Of a stretch of 64,000 bases of DNA, positions 1-9,936 are shown piece after piece. The stretch is from Clostridia bacterium. GTDB lineage: Bacteria; Bacillota; Clostridia; Christensenellales; UMGS416. Position 1 is the stretch's first letter, and each line of letters opens with the position of its first letter. The notes under the pieces are model-generated. The model did not search any database and was not told the origin of the DNA. It saw only the letters and a list, made by a program, of their open reading frames with translations. The stretch covers positions 237 through 64,236 of the forward strand of contig DAOWFX010000127.1 of the NCBI GenBank assembly GCA_030637745.1, given 5' to 3'. A program made the translations under genes and the position numbers.

Positions 1-2
1 CG

Positions 3-740
3 GAAATGGGGCAAAAAATTCATCGAATTATCAGAGAAGAATTTAAAAACATAGATCCATATTTTGAAATCAAGAACCGATCTAGACAATGCGCAAATGA
101 TTTGATATTTACTATTAAAGAGGAGATATCTTTATCGTCTACTCCTTTTGCGGATGCACTTCGATATGCGATTGCAGGAAATATTTTGGATTTTGCATTG
201 ATATCATCATGGAATGCACAAAAGATAAAAGATACATTTGATACTGCAATATCCCACCCGATAAATCAAGAGATGGTAGATGCATTAAAGATAGAGATTG
301 AGGAGGCATCTACCATCTTATATCTTGCAGATAATGTGGGTGAAATTACTTTTGACAAGGTATTCATTGAGACATTCAATAGTAAAGCTGTGATATATTT
401 TGCAGTGAAAGATTCTCCAATTATTAATGATGCAACAATAGAAGATGCAGTAGAAGATAACCTAGATGCTTTCTGTACAATAATATCAAACGGTACTGAT
501 GCACCCGGCACACTACTTAACCAGTGTTCTGAGGAGTTCATGAATATCTATAATCAAGCAGATGTGATCATCGCAAAAGGGCAGGCAAACTTTGAAACAT
601 TAAACCAAGTTGATAGAAATATATACTTTCTCACACAGATAAAATGCAGTACAATTGCACAACGCTATGGTTACTGCGTTGGTGACTGGTTGATGACAAC
701 AATGAATAAACTCCAAGCATATGATGAGGTCCTACTGTGA
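3..740 (+). CDS. DUF89/ARMT1-like metal-dependent phosphatase family protein, probably 5'-truncated by the window edge
   Basis: The frame is open back to base 3, with no stop before the Met at 6. Motifs LADNVGEITFDKVF and IIAKGQANFETL resemble the DNxGE..D and KGxxN(Y/F)E signatures of DUF89. The TGA stop overlaps the GTG start of the next gene (GTGA at 737-740). Confidence 0.55.
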   Translation, partial: EMGQKIHRIIREEFKNIDPYFEIKNRSRQCANDLIFTIKEEISLSSTPFADALRYAIAGNILDFALISSWNAQKIKDTFDTAISHPINQEMVDALKIEIEEASTILYLADNVGEITFDKVFIETFNSKAVIYFAVKDSPIINDATIEDAVEDNLDAFCTIISNGTDAPGTLLNQCSEEFMNIYNQADVIIAKGQANFETLNQVDRNIYFLTQIKCSTIAQRYGYCVGDWLMTTMNKLQAYDEVLL

Positions 741-1591
741 TAATTGCTGTAGCTTCAGGGAAAGGTGGGACAGGAAAGACCACTATATCTACTGCGTTGG
801 CTGAAGCCTTGGAAAAGCCAGTACAACTGCTGGACTGTGACGTTGAGGAACCAAATGCACATATCTTCTTCAATACTGAAAATGAAACAAAAGAAAATGT
901 ATATGTTAAAGTACCACAGATAGCAAAAAACAGCTGCACTTTATGCGGTAGATGTGCACAGATATGTGAATTTAATGCTTTGGCTGTGATTAAAGAGCAA
1001 GTCATGGTATTTGATGAACTATGCCATAGCTGTGGTGGCTGTAAATTGGTGTGTCCGGAAAAAGCTATAAGTGAAGTGGATATGCAAATCGGGAAGTTAA
1101 AAAGAAGTACTACAGATGGCATTACCTTGATTCAAGGAGAGCTGGATGTAGGGCGTGCAATGTCACCACCAGTGATTCGTGCTGTAAAAAAGCATATCAA
1201 ATCAAAAATAATCAATATCATTGATTGTCCACCCGGCAATGCATGTCCATTGGTAACGGCAGTTAGCAATGCGGATTATGTCATATTGGTAACAGAAGAC
1301 AGTTTGTTTGGATTAAATGATTTGCTGATATCTATTGATACCATCAAGAAGATGAACATTCCAATGGGAGTGATCGTCAATCGATGTGGAATATCAGAAA
1401 AATCAATCACAGAACATTTGAGAAAAAAGAAAATCGATATTCTGCTTGAAATTCCTGAAAACATTGGTATTGCGAAGGCATATTCCAATGGAGGCTCGAT
1501 ACTGTCTGTTGTGCCAAGCTTAAAAAATCAGCTAGTACAAATTATTGCAGAGATATCAAGAGGTGTTTATGAAGCAAATACTCATCGTTAG
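737..1591 (+). CDS. MinD/ParA-superfamily P-loop ATPase with inserted 2x[4Fe-4S] ferredoxin domain (COG1149 type)
   Basis: Deviant Walker A IAVASGKGGTGKTT. Two cluster motifs, CTLCGRCAQIC and CHSCGGCKLVCP. GTG start overlaps the upstream stop. Confidence 0.85.
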   Translation: MIIAVASGKGGTGKTTISTALAEALEKPVQLLDCDVEEPNAHIFFNTENETKENVYVKVPQIAKNSCTLCGRCAQICEFNALAVIKEQVMVFDELCHSCGGCKLVCPEKAISEVDMQIGKLKRSTTDGITLIQGELDVGRAMSPPVIRAVKKHIKSKIINIIDCPPGNACPLVTAVSNADYVILVTEDSLFGLNDLLISIDTIKKMNIPMGVIVNRCGISEKSITEHLRKKKIDILLEIPENIGIAKAYSNGGSILSVVPSLKNQLVQIIAEISRGVYEANTHR

Positions 1592-2441
1592 CGGAAAAGG
1601 TGGTACGGGGAAAACCAGTATCACAGCTTCTTTGGCTTCATACTTTGAAAGCCTTGTTCTTGTAGATTGTGATGTGGATGCATCAGATTTATATTTGATT
1701 TTAAAACCAGAAGTACAGCAAACCTTTGATTTTATCAGCGGACATACAGCCCATATCCTACAAAAAGACTGTACGCAATGTAGTATGTGTCTGAACGTTT
1801 GTAAGTTTGATGCTGTGAAAGTAGGGAACAAAGGAACACTATGTATTGATGCCATTGACTGTGAAGGCTGTGGAGTATGCATATGGATGTGTCCTCAAAA
1901 GGCAATTGAATTTCCTGAGAGTCTTTGCGGACAATGGTTTTTTTCAAACACAAGACATGGACCAATGGTGCATGCAAAGCTTGCAATTGGTGCAGAAAAC
2001 TCTGGGAAATTGGTTAGTGAAATAAGAGGATATGCAACCAAAATCGCAAAAAATCAAAAGAAAGACATTATATTAATTGATGGTCCTCCCGGCATTGGAT
2101 GTCCTGTCATTGCATCACTTACAGGTGTTGACTGTGTTGTTGTTGTTACTGAGCCAACACTATCTGCAATCCATGATATGGAACGCATTATTGCACTTGC
2201 AAAACACTTTGGAATTAGCACATATGTATGTATTAATAAATCCGACATTAATGAAGAATTGACTCAAACAATCAAGAAAAGAATCAAAGTACTTGACGTA
2301 GAATTGGTTGGAGAAATCCCTTATGATACAGCATTCACAAGAGCACAAGTTCAAAAGAAGAGCATCGTTGAATACTCTAACGGGAAAACAACCGAATGTA
2401 TAGAAGAACTGGCTCAGAAATTAATGAGCAAAATTATATAA
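1569..2441 (+). CDS. Second MinD/ParA-superfamily ATPase with 2x[4Fe-4S] ferredoxin domain
   Basis: Walker A IVSGKGGTGKTS plus CTQCSMCLNVC and CEGCGVCIWMCP. ATG 1569 follows GAGGTG. The longer ORF from 1545 is probably an overextension. Confidence 0.85.
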   Translation: MKQILIVSGKGGTGKTSITASLASYFESLVLVDCDVDASDLYLILKPEVQQTFDFISGHTAHILQKDCTQCSMCLNVCKFDAVKVGNKGTLCIDAIDCEGCGVCIWMCPQKAIEFPESLCGQWFFSNTRHGPMVHAKLAIGAENSGKLVSEIRGYATKIAKNQKKDIILIDGPPGIGCPVIASLTGVDCVVVVTEPTLSAIHDMERIIALAKHFGISTYVCINKSDINEELTQTIKKRIKVLDVELVGEIPYDTAFTRAQVQKKSIVEYSNGKTTECIEELAQKLMSKII

Positions 2442-2455
2442 TAAGGAGCAAAAAA

Positions 2456-2794
2456 ATGAAAATAGCAATACCGGTAGCAGATGAAAAGCTTTGTTTGCAC
2501 TTTGGTCACTGTCAACAGTTTTATCTGTATGAAGTGGATGAAGAAGAAAAACAAATCCTAAGCACGACTAAGCTAACACCACCACCACACGAACCAGGAG
2601 TCCTGCCGAGGTGGCTCTCGCAAAATCAAGCAAACTTGATTATTGCAGGTGGCATGGGACAAAGCGCACAGCGATTATTTAAAGAAAATGGCATAAAAGT
2701 ATGGACTGGTGCACCGCTGGATTCACCAAAGACAATAGTGGAGAAATATCTCAAAGGAACCTTGGTTGCAGGGGATAATGCTTGCGATCATTAA
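2456..2794 (+). CDS. NifB/NifX/NafY-type FeMo-cofactor-binding-domain protein (COG1433, MTH1175-like)
   Basis: MKIAIPV..HFGHCQQF..IIAGGMGQSAQRLFKENGIKV is typical of this small domain. AAGGAG lies at 2443-2448, 7 nt before the ATG. Confidence 0.8.
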   Translation: MKIAIPVADEKLCLHFGHCQQFYLYEVDEEEKQILSTTKLTPPPHEPGVLPRWLSQNQANLIIAGGMGQSAQRLFKENGIKVWTGAPLDSPKTIVEKYLKGTLVAGDNACDH

Positions 2795-2815
2795 TAAATA
2801 ATAAGGAAACATAAT

Positions 2816-3640
2816 ATGAGTGAAAATTGTAATCAGGACTGTGGCGCATGCAGTCAAGAATGCGAAGATAGAAAAGAAAAAAACGAATTCGCGATTGATC
2901 TTCATGAATTAAGTAATGTCAAAAAAGTCATTGGGGTTGTTAGTGGTAAGGGTGGAGTTGGAAAATCATTAGTTACATCTTTGATGGCAGTTGCAATGAA
3001 TCGATGTGGATATAAGACAGCAATACTTGATGCAGATATCACAGGACCTTCTATCCCGAAAGCCTTTGGATTGAAGAAAAAAGCGATAAGTATTGATGGT
3101 GGATTGATTCCGGTAGCCAGTAAAACCGGTATTGAGATCATGTCGATAAACCTGTTGCTTGAAAATGATACAGATCCTGTTGTGTGGCGTGGTCCATTAA
3201 TTGCAGGGACAGTGAAGCAATTCTGGTCTGATGTGATTTGGAAAGATATCGACTATATGTTTGTAGACCTACCTCCGGGAACTGGTGATGTTGCACTCAC
3301 AGTGTTTCAATCCATACCCATTGAAGGAATCATTGTAGTAACATCTCCACAAGAGCTGGTATCAATGATTGTTGAAAAGGCTGCGATGATGGCGAATATG
3401 ATGAATGTTCCCATACTTGCATTGGTAGAGAATATGTCATATTATCAATGTCCCGATTGTGGCATACGCCATGATATATTTGGAACAAGTACTATTGAGG
3501 AAATTGCAGATAAGCATGATATTGATACATATTCCAAGATTCCTATAGATACAAAGATAGCGACTGCATGTGATAAGGGATTAATTGAATTACTAAATTT
3601 TGATTTCTTAGAAAATGTGGTTGATAAGATTGAAAAGTAA
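2816..3640 (+). CDS. Mrp/NBP35/ApbC-family Fe-S cluster carrier ATPase
   Basis: VIGVVSGKGGVGKS Walker A, DLPPGTGD, CPDCG motif, and a Cys-rich N-terminus (CNQDCGACSQEC). Confidence 0.9.
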   Translation: MSENCNQDCGACSQECEDRKEKNEFAIDLHELSNVKKVIGVVSGKGGVGKSLVTSLMAVAMNRCGYKTAILDADITGPSIPKAFGLKKKAISIDGGLIPVASKTGIEIMSINLLLENDTDPVVWRGPLIAGTVKQFWSDVIWKDIDYMFVDLPPGTGDVALTVFQSIPIEGIIVVTSPQELVSMIVEKAAMMANMMNVPILALVENMSYYQCPDCGIRHDIFGTSTIEEIADKHDIDTYSKIPIDTKIATACDKGLIELLNFDFLENVVDKIEK

Positions 3641-3659
3641 AATAGAATATTTTGATAGG

Positions 3660-3701
3660 TTTAGATAAAAGGAGGAATCACCCTCCTTTTGTTTTATCTA
3701 A
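3660..3701. terminator. Long hairpin, bidirectional intrinsic-terminator-like, after the mrp-like gene
   Basis: ttagataaaaGGAGG-aatcac-CCTCCttttgttttatctaa. GC core flanked by A/T runs on both sides. Confidence 0.7.
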
Positions 3702-3710
3702 ACAAATTCA

Positions 3711-3719
3711 TGATATAAT
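3711..3719 (+). promoter_or_regulatory. Extended -10 promoter (TGaTATAAT) 7 nt upstream of the ATG at 3726; possible leaderless mRNA
   Basis: tgatataat at 3711-3719. No Shine-Dalgarno sequence between it and the ATG at 3726. Confidence 0.35.
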
Positions 3720-3725
3720 ATCAAA

Positions 3726-4784
3726 ATGAATAAAGAAACACTATTTCAAAACCTCACCGAGACTCTTGAAAAACGGCAGGAGCAGTATGTTGTTTTTTCA
3801 GGCAACATATATACATTTGAATCTGCATTCAATGAAATACTTGCATTGCAAGAAGGTGCAAAGCTTGTAAAGTGGCTCAATGCACAAAGTGCGATTGTTT
3901 ATCTGCCGGATGGGATGAAAGCATTTTACCGAAATCTCAAGCAACATCCACCTATATATATTCAGCATATATTCCCGATACAATATGTTTTTGCAATTGA
4001 CAACTTTGATCTATTTGCAGAAAGTTTAGCAAGTCTATGTGGGGAGTTCACTGTTGGTAAAACTTTTTCTGTACAAACAACGATATTTAGCAGTGAAATA
4101 GAATTGAGCACATTTGATATCAATAAAAGGACATCAGACAGCATAGCAAGAAAAGGAAATACACTTGATACAAAAAATCCATATTACGTGATATCTATTG
4201 CAGTAGAAGGTGCATTCTTCTATGTTGGGATATCCACTGCGAAAGAAAACTTGAGTAAATGGACATGCGGCAAAGTGCATTATTCTAAAGAAATTAATAG
4301 GGCAGAATATAAGCTTGTAGAATGCATTGAGCACTTTGAGATAAATATCGAAGGGGAGAAGGCGTTAGATATTGGTGCAGCCCCCGGTGGATGGACCAAA
4401 GCACTATATGACAGAGGATATAAAGTGTGGGCGGTTGATCCTGCGATGCTACAATATGAGATATTAAATCATAAAAACGTGGTATACATGCAGATGACAG
4501 CACAAACATTCTTAAAAGACAATACAGAAGCATTTGATATTATCGTCAATGACATGATACTTGATTGCAGAGAGTCTGCCCGTATTATGAATGAAGCATC
4601 AAAACATCTGCATAGCGAAGGATGTGGAATATTCACAGCTAAACTGCCTAAGAAGGGATATAACAAGAGACTAAAGACAGCAATAAAAATATTAGAAAAA
4701 GAATATATAATTAGTGGAGTGCGCCAACTTCCGTCTAACAAGTCAGAAGTGACTATTGTGCTAAAGAGAAATATAATTAGATAA
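3726..4784 (+). CDS. RlmM/FtsJ-like SAM-dependent RNA 2'-O-methyltransferase with N-terminal THUMP-like region
   Basis: ALDIGAAPGGWTKALYDRGYKVWAVDPA matches the FtsJ/RlmM SAM-binding motif. DMILD lies downstream. Confidence 0.6.
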   Translation: MNKETLFQNLTETLEKRQEQYVVFSGNIYTFESAFNEILALQEGAKLVKWLNAQSAIVYLPDGMKAFYRNLKQHPPIYIQHIFPIQYVFAIDNFDLFAESLASLCGEFTVGKTFSVQTTIFSSEIELSTFDINKRTSDSIARKGNTLDTKNPYYVISIAVEGAFFYVGISTAKENLSKWTCGKVHYSKEINRAEYKLVECIEHFEINIEGEKALDIGAAPGGWTKALYDRGYKVWAVDPAMLQYEILNHKNVVYMQMTAQTFLKDNTEAFDIIVNDMILDCRESARIMNEASKHLHSEGCGIFTAKLPKKGYNKRLKTAIKILEKEYIISGVRQLPSNKSEVTIVLKRNIIR

Positions 4785-4789
4785 TATGA

Positions 4790-4817
4790 ACCCCCTAGCC
4801 CTCAAATTCTAGGGGGT
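4790..4817 (+). terminator. Hairpin after the methyltransferase gene
   Basis: aCCCCCTAG-ccctcaaatt-CTAGGGGGt. The T-tract is weak. Confidence 0.55.
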
Positions 4818-5074
4818 ATCAATTCTGATGATCCTTACTTGAGCTTATATCTATTTGTAGAAGTCTTTCTATATAAGGTTCATCGTTCAAAACTATTTCA
4901 CGTATTACTTTTGGTAATTACACACTAGGTTTCTCGATTATGTAAGTGCTTTCATTTTGTTGTATTTTTAATCGCTATGTTTGTATAATCATGCAATTCT
5001 GTTTATGGATATACTTATTATAGATGAAGTAGTATTAAATAAAAATACTTATATCAGACGAATACTTATCATTT

Positions 5075-5977
5075 TTAGACATGTAATGTATTGTTTCGAT
5101 ACCTTCCCGGAGGATAACCCTCTTCTCTTTTGAAAAACTTATTGAAGTAGTATTCACTTGAAAAGCCAACCATACCTGCAATCTGCTTTACGCTGTATTC
5201 GGTATTTTTTAGTAATTCTTTGGCTTTGTCACGCTTTAACAAGTTAATATACTGTTTGGTTGAAAGCTCTGTTTCTGCTTTGATTATCCGACTTACCTGC
5301 TTATCAGAAAGATGAATATAGCTTGCAATATCACTTGTCATTATTGGACTTGCGATGTTTTCATTGATGTATTGAGATATCTTGAGAAATCTAAGATCAT
5401 TCTTCTTTTGCTTATGAGGAATATCATACTCTTCAAGTGCATCAAGACTAATAGTTTTTGTGATTGCAATTAGAATCAGGACAATATAATGCTTAATTTC
5501 ATTATAATAACCAAATTTCTCATAAAACGCACTCTTTAGTGAGCATTCTATTAGTCCACATACACCATTTTTATCATTATATGGTGCACATTGTGTATTT
5601 TTCAGCTGGTGATATAGAAATCCAGATTCTTGATCTGCATTATCATTAAGATTGATGGACCAATTAATCGAGTACTCAATATATTGGGGACTATTGAATG
5701 CTTTTTGTCGATGGTACTCATGAGGTTTGGTAATATAGAATTGATTTTCATTCACTACAAACTCATTATCATCTAATACCACCAGAGAATTTCCTTTTGC
5801 AACATAGTGTAATTCGTAAGAAGAGTGAGTATGCCTGACAATATGCCAGTCATCCTTTTTCTCCATGATACGAAACCAAAAAATCTCTATATCAAAAGCG
5901 CCCAAGCTGTAATTGAGCTCCAGTAAAGACAGCTTCTCTGATGCTTTCAAGATATCTATATCTTTAACTATATCCAT
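5075..5977 (-). CDS. AraC-family transcriptional regulator (cupin N-domain plus HTH_18)
   Basis: C-terminal SVKQIAGMVGFSSEYYFNKFFKREEGYPPGRYR is the AraC HTH signature. Confidence 0.85.
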   Translation of the reverse strand: MDIVKDIDILKASEKLSLLELNYSLGAFDIEIFWFRIMEKKDDWHIVRHTHSSYELHYVAKGNSLVVLDDNEFVVNENQFYITKPHEYHRQKAFNSPQYIEYSINWSINLNDNADQESGFLYHQLKNTQCAPYNDKNGVCGLIECSLKSAFYEKFGYYNEIKHYIVLILIAITKTISLDALEEYDIPHKQKKNDLRFLKISQYINENIASPIMTSDIASYIHLSDKQVSRIIKAETELSTKQYINLLKRDKAKELLKNTEYSVKQIAGMVGFSSEYYFNKFFKREEGYPPGRYRNNTLHV

Positions 5978-6109
5978 AGTACAATTGTATCGCTAATAAT
6001 GAGATTTTACAAGAGAACACTTTTTGTAAAACAAAATAGTGTTGTGATATAATTTGTGTAGAAATATATTATAAGCTTTTTAATGAATATTATAAAAAGG
6101 GTGGAAAGA

Positions 6110-7246
6110 ATGAAGGTAGTAAAAGTAAGAACAAATAAACAGATGAGAGCATTTGTACGGATACCAAAGATTCTATTTGGTGACCATCCATGCTATGTAC
6201 CGCCGATCTGGATGGAGGAGAAAAGAGCTTACAGCGGAAAAACCAACCCAATACTAAAAAATTCAGACTTTGAGCTTTTTTTATTGGTAGATGAGGACAA
6301 CCAGCCGATTGGTCGCACCATTGCATATGTTGACTTTAATCACAATAAATTTTACAAAACCAAGATGGGTTTTTTCGGAGCGTTTGAATGCATTGACAAT
6401 CAAGAAGCCGGGAAGCTGTTGATGGATGTTGCAGAAACTTGGATAAAAAAGCAGGGGATGAATATCATCCGAGGACCGATACATCCGGTTGCAGAAAACT
6501 GGGGATTTGTGTTTGAAGGATACGAAAGTCCACCAATGTTCATGTCACCATGGAATCCACCATATTACCATGATTTCTTCACAGATACTGGATATGAAAA
6601 ATCAAAGGACTTGTTGGTGTATGAAATAGATTTGTTGAAGGGATACACACTCCCTGAAAGATATGAGACCTTCTATGATAGCTTCATGAAACGTAATTCT
6701 ACAATCAAAATTCGTCGCATCAATATGAAAAATATAAAAAAGGATGCGTATGCGATCTGGGAGATTACAAACATTGCACTAAAAGACAACTGGGGGTATG
6801 TCCCATTGGAACTTTCTGTAATGGAAGACATGCTGCGCAAACTAAAGCTCATCGTAGACCCGGATGCTGTATGGATCGTTGAAGATGATGGAAAGGCAGT
6901 CGGATATTGCTTGGGATTCCCGGACATTAATGTGATATTGAAAAAAATTCGCGGGAAAGTATTGCCATTTGGATGGACGAAACTGTTATTTGGCGTAAAG
7001 AAACTACGCGACTATCGACTGTATGGACTTGCAGCGCTTCCTGAATATCAAGGCAAAGCACTCGATGCACTGATGTATATTAACCTCTATAGACATCTGG
7101 TTAAAAAGAATGTACGAATGGAAGCAAACTACATCCTAGAAGATAATTTCAGAATTCGAAATGCGCTTGAAAAGTTAGGGATGTATTATACGAAAACATA
7201 TAGGATTTATGATAAAAGCTTAATTGTAGATGAAATGCATGTATGA
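6110..7246 (+). CDS. Putative GNAT-like acyltransferase (family recognised only loosely)
   Basis: About 378 aa. The LYGLAALPEYQGKALDALMY segment resembles a GNAT acetyl-CoA-binding motif. ATG 6110 follows GGTGG. Confidence 0.4.
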   Translation: MKVVKVRTNKQMRAFVRIPKILFGDHPCYVPPIWMEEKRAYSGKTNPILKNSDFELFLLVDEDNQPIGRTIAYVDFNHNKFYKTKMGFFGAFECIDNQEAGKLLMDVAETWIKKQGMNIIRGPIHPVAENWGFVFEGYESPPMFMSPWNPPYYHDFFTDTGYEKSKDLLVYEIDLLKGYTLPERYETFYDSFMKRNSTIKIRRINMKNIKKDAYAIWEITNIALKDNWGYVPLELSVMEDMLRKLKLIVDPDAVWIVEDDGKAVGYCLGFPDINVILKKIRGKVLPFGWTKLLFGVKKLRDYRLYGLAALPEYQGKALDALMYINLYRHLVKKNVRMEANYILEDNFRIRNALEKLGMYYTKTYRIYDKSLIVDEMHV

Positions 7247-7267
7247 TAAAATGAACCAAGCTAGACA

Positions 7268-7999
7268 ATGAGTATAGGGATAGATGTAAATGCATTTAGA
7301 AACGGTAATTCGATGAACTTTAACAGTATATTTGATGTGATAGGTCCTGTCATGATTGGACCTTCAAGTTCGCACACCGCAGGAGCTGCGAAAATCGGAT
7401 ATTTGTCAACGCAGATATTTGATAAGCAGATTACTGCTGTTGAGTTCTATCTGCATGGATCATTTGCAAAAACCTACAAAGGACATGGTACAGATAGGGC
7501 GTTACTTGCAGGAATTATGCGGATTAAGCCTGATGATAGCAAATTAAGAAAGGCTTTTGAAATCGTGCAAGAAAGAGGCATTGAATATAATTTTTATAAA
7601 GAAGATCTAGGAGATGTGCACCCAAACAGTGTGCGCATCGTGTTGTTTGGGATAGATGACACTAGTGAGCAAATCATTGGATCATCCGTAGGTGGTGGCA
7701 GAATACTCATTAGTAGAATCGGACAAACGGATGTCGAAGTTGATGGCGACTATGCAACGTTGATTACAAAGCACTTTGACAAGCCCGGAGTGATTGCAAA
7801 GGTGTCCACTATTTTGTCTGCCTACGGTATCAATATAGCTTTTATGAAAGTATTTCGTCAATTGCGTGGCGCACAGGCAAGCTTGATTGTTCAAGTTGAT
7901 GAGATATTAAAAGAGGAGATACTCAACAAAATACAGGAATTAGATGAAATACAAGAAGTGAAATTCATCAATAGTCTTCGGCAGGCAGGTGTCATATGA
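7268..7999 (+). CDS. sdaAB: L-serine dehydratase, iron-sulfur-dependent, beta subunit
   Basis: FDVIGPVMIGPSSSHTAGAAKIG plus a C-terminal ACT-like domain. An alternative start at 7313 (MNFNSIFDVIG) is at least as likely. Confidence 0.9.
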   Translation: MSIGIDVNAFRNGNSMNFNSIFDVIGPVMIGPSSSHTAGAAKIGYLSTQIFDKQITAVEFYLHGSFAKTYKGHGTDRALLAGIMRIKPDDSKLRKAFEIVQERGIEYNFYKEDLGDVHPNSVRIVLFGIDDTSEQIIGSSVGGGRILISRIGQTDVEVDGDYATLITKHFDKPGVIAKVSTILSAYGINIAFMKVFRQLRGAQASLIVQVDEILKEEILNKIQELDEIQEVKFINSLRQAGVI

Positions 8000-8877
8000 T
8001 GATAAAAAACTCGCTGGATATAATAGAAATCTGTACAAAAGAGAATGTTCCAATATGGGAAGTTGCTATTTCCTATGAAGAAGCGCAAAGTGGCTTTAGT
8101 CGCGAAGAAATCGTTGAGAAGATGGGTAGGCACTTTTCCCAGATGCAAAAATCAATCGATACAGGACTGGATTTGGACGATAGAAAAATCAGAAGCAAAA
8201 TGTTCAGAGATGATGCGAAAAAACTCATGGTGTATAGAAAGAAGAATAAACCACTATCAGGAACGACTATCTCAAAAGCAGTTGCATACGCATTGAGTGT
8301 GATGGAACTCAACTGCTCGATGGGACGTATTGTTGCATCACCCACTGCAGGTTCGTGTGGCGTACTGCCGGCGGTTATAATATCCGCGATGGAAACACTG
8401 AAGATGAAGAAAAAACATGGTGTCAATGCACTATTTACAGCAGGAATGGTCGGTACAATTATCGCAAAGAATGCATCACTCTCCGGTGCAATCGGTGGAT
8501 GCCAAGCAGAGATAGGATCTGCATCTGCAATGGCTGCAGCAGCTGTTGTTGAAATGGCAGGAGGATCGCCACAGATGGCTTTTGATGCAGCGGCTATCGC
8601 GCTCAAGAGTGTTATGGGTCTCATATGTGATCCGGTTGCAGGATTGGTTGAAGTACCGTGTGCTAAAAGAAATGGTATGGGTGCAAGCAATGCACTTATT
8701 GCAGCGGACATGGTATTGGCTGGAATTCCATCGGTGATTCCGTTTGACGAGGTAGTGTGGGCGATGAACAAAGTGTCACAAATCATGCCCAGTGCACATA
8801 AGGAAACCTCAGAAGGTGGTATCGCAATCACCCCAACAGGACAAAGATTGAGAGATGAAATATTTGGAGAAGATTAA
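7996..8877 (+). CDS. sdaAA: L-serine dehydratase, iron-sulfur-dependent, alpha subunit
   Basis: SPTAGSCGVLPAV and GGCQAEIGSASAMAA motifs. ATGA start/stop overlap with sdaAB. Confidence 0.92.
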   Translation: MMIKNSLDIIEICTKENVPIWEVAISYEEAQSGFSREEIVEKMGRHFSQMQKSIDTGLDLDDRKIRSKMFRDDAKKLMVYRKKNKPLSGTTISKAVAYALSVMELNCSMGRIVASPTAGSCGVLPAVIISAMETLKMKKKHGVNALFTAGMVGTIIAKNASLSGAIGGCQAEIGSASAMAAAAVVEMAGGSPQMAFDAAAIALKSVMGLICDPVAGLVEVPCAKRNGMGASNALIAADMVLAGIPSVIPFDEVVWAMNKVSQIMPSAHKETSEGGIAITPTGQRLRDEIFGED

Positions 8878-8883
8878 ACTTTA

Positions 8884-9696
8884 TTAGACAACTTTGTTTT
8901 TTGATCGATAAACAGTTGGTGACTCCCCAACCCATTTTTTGAAAACTCTCGAAAAATACAATGCATCATTATATTGAAGTTCATAAGCTATTTCCTTTAT
9001 ACTTTTTGAAGTAGTCAATAGTAATAGCTGTGCTCTTTGTATGAGTATTTGTTGTAGAAACCATTTTAAAGTATGTCCTGTTTCGGACTTATATATTTTT
9101 GATAGCATTGATTGACTAATGTTTAGATAGTTTGCTAAATCATTCGTTCTTGTCTTTGCTGTTATGTCATCTTTGATAAAGCGATATAGCTTTTTTATTT
9201 TGGGAGATAATGATAAATAAATATCTTCAAATGAATCAAGTTTGAAGTGACTTACAAATCTGAAGATTAATTTGGTGAAATCCCCTTGAATATCATAGTA
9301 ATAGGAGGAATCCTTGTTTTCAAGTGCATTATAATATTCTAAGTATTTTGCTATATCAATTTTTAACTTAAGCACCTTGTCTACCCCATCAAAAATCCCT
9401 GTGCTGAACGTTTTATTTATATTAAAGTGCGAAAATATCTTTTTGAGGTGATTGGGAGTATAGCATCCAAAGCTATAATTTGGAGGTATAATGTAGGCGT
9501 ATCCCGCATCGAGTGCTATTTGCTTATTGGGTCTTATGATAATTCCTTTACCGTCTAAAACAATATATAACCTAGCAAATGGCGCACTTAAGTCATCATG
9601 CTTCCAATCGTTCCCGAATAAAAGTCCATTATCAATAAACTTTAAATCGATTGATTTGCAAAACCTATCAAACTCAAATTGCCTTAAAATTGGCAT
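8884..9696 (-). CDS. AraC-family transcriptional regulator
   Basis: C-terminal SIKEIAYELQYNDALYFSRVFKKWVGESPTVYR. Divergent from fucI. Confidence 0.85.
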   Translation of the reverse strand: MPILRQFEFDRFCKSIDLKFIDNGLLFGNDWKHDDLSAPFARLYIVLDGKGIIIRPNKQIALDAGYAYIIPPNYSFGCYTPNHLKKIFSHFNINKTFSTGIFDGVDKVLKLKIDIAKYLEYYNALENKDSSYYYDIQGDFTKLIFRFVSHFKLDSFEDIYLSLSPKIKKLYRFIKDDITAKTRTNDLANYLNISQSMLSKIYKSETGHTLKWFLQQILIQRAQLLLLTTSKSIKEIAYELQYNDALYFSRVFKKWVGESPTVYRSKNKVV

Positions 9697-9936
9697 ATTA
9701 CCGCCTTACACTCAAATAAAGTGATATAATTATACTATTATTATAATAGATTAATTCAAATAAATCCATGTTTCGTTGTTGTTTTTCCATTTTAATGTGG
9801 GGGGGAATAATATATGATGAAAAAGTATTCGATGATAGATATATCTTTAAAAACTTATCATTGTTGGATAGAAGACAAATTAAATGTCACCAAACGGTGG
9901 TATTAGAATATTAAATGAATGATAAGGAGAATCATT

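Noticed and set aside
631-1122. 163-aa ORF antisense across the DUF89/MinD junction
   Set aside because: It overlaps two well-supported plus-strand genes and has no motif or RBS support.
8073-8831. 252-aa ORF antisense to sdaAA
   Set aside because: It lies entirely inside a confidently recognised gene on the other strand. Its composition is low-complexity and Ala/Ser/Ile-rich, typical of a shadow frame.
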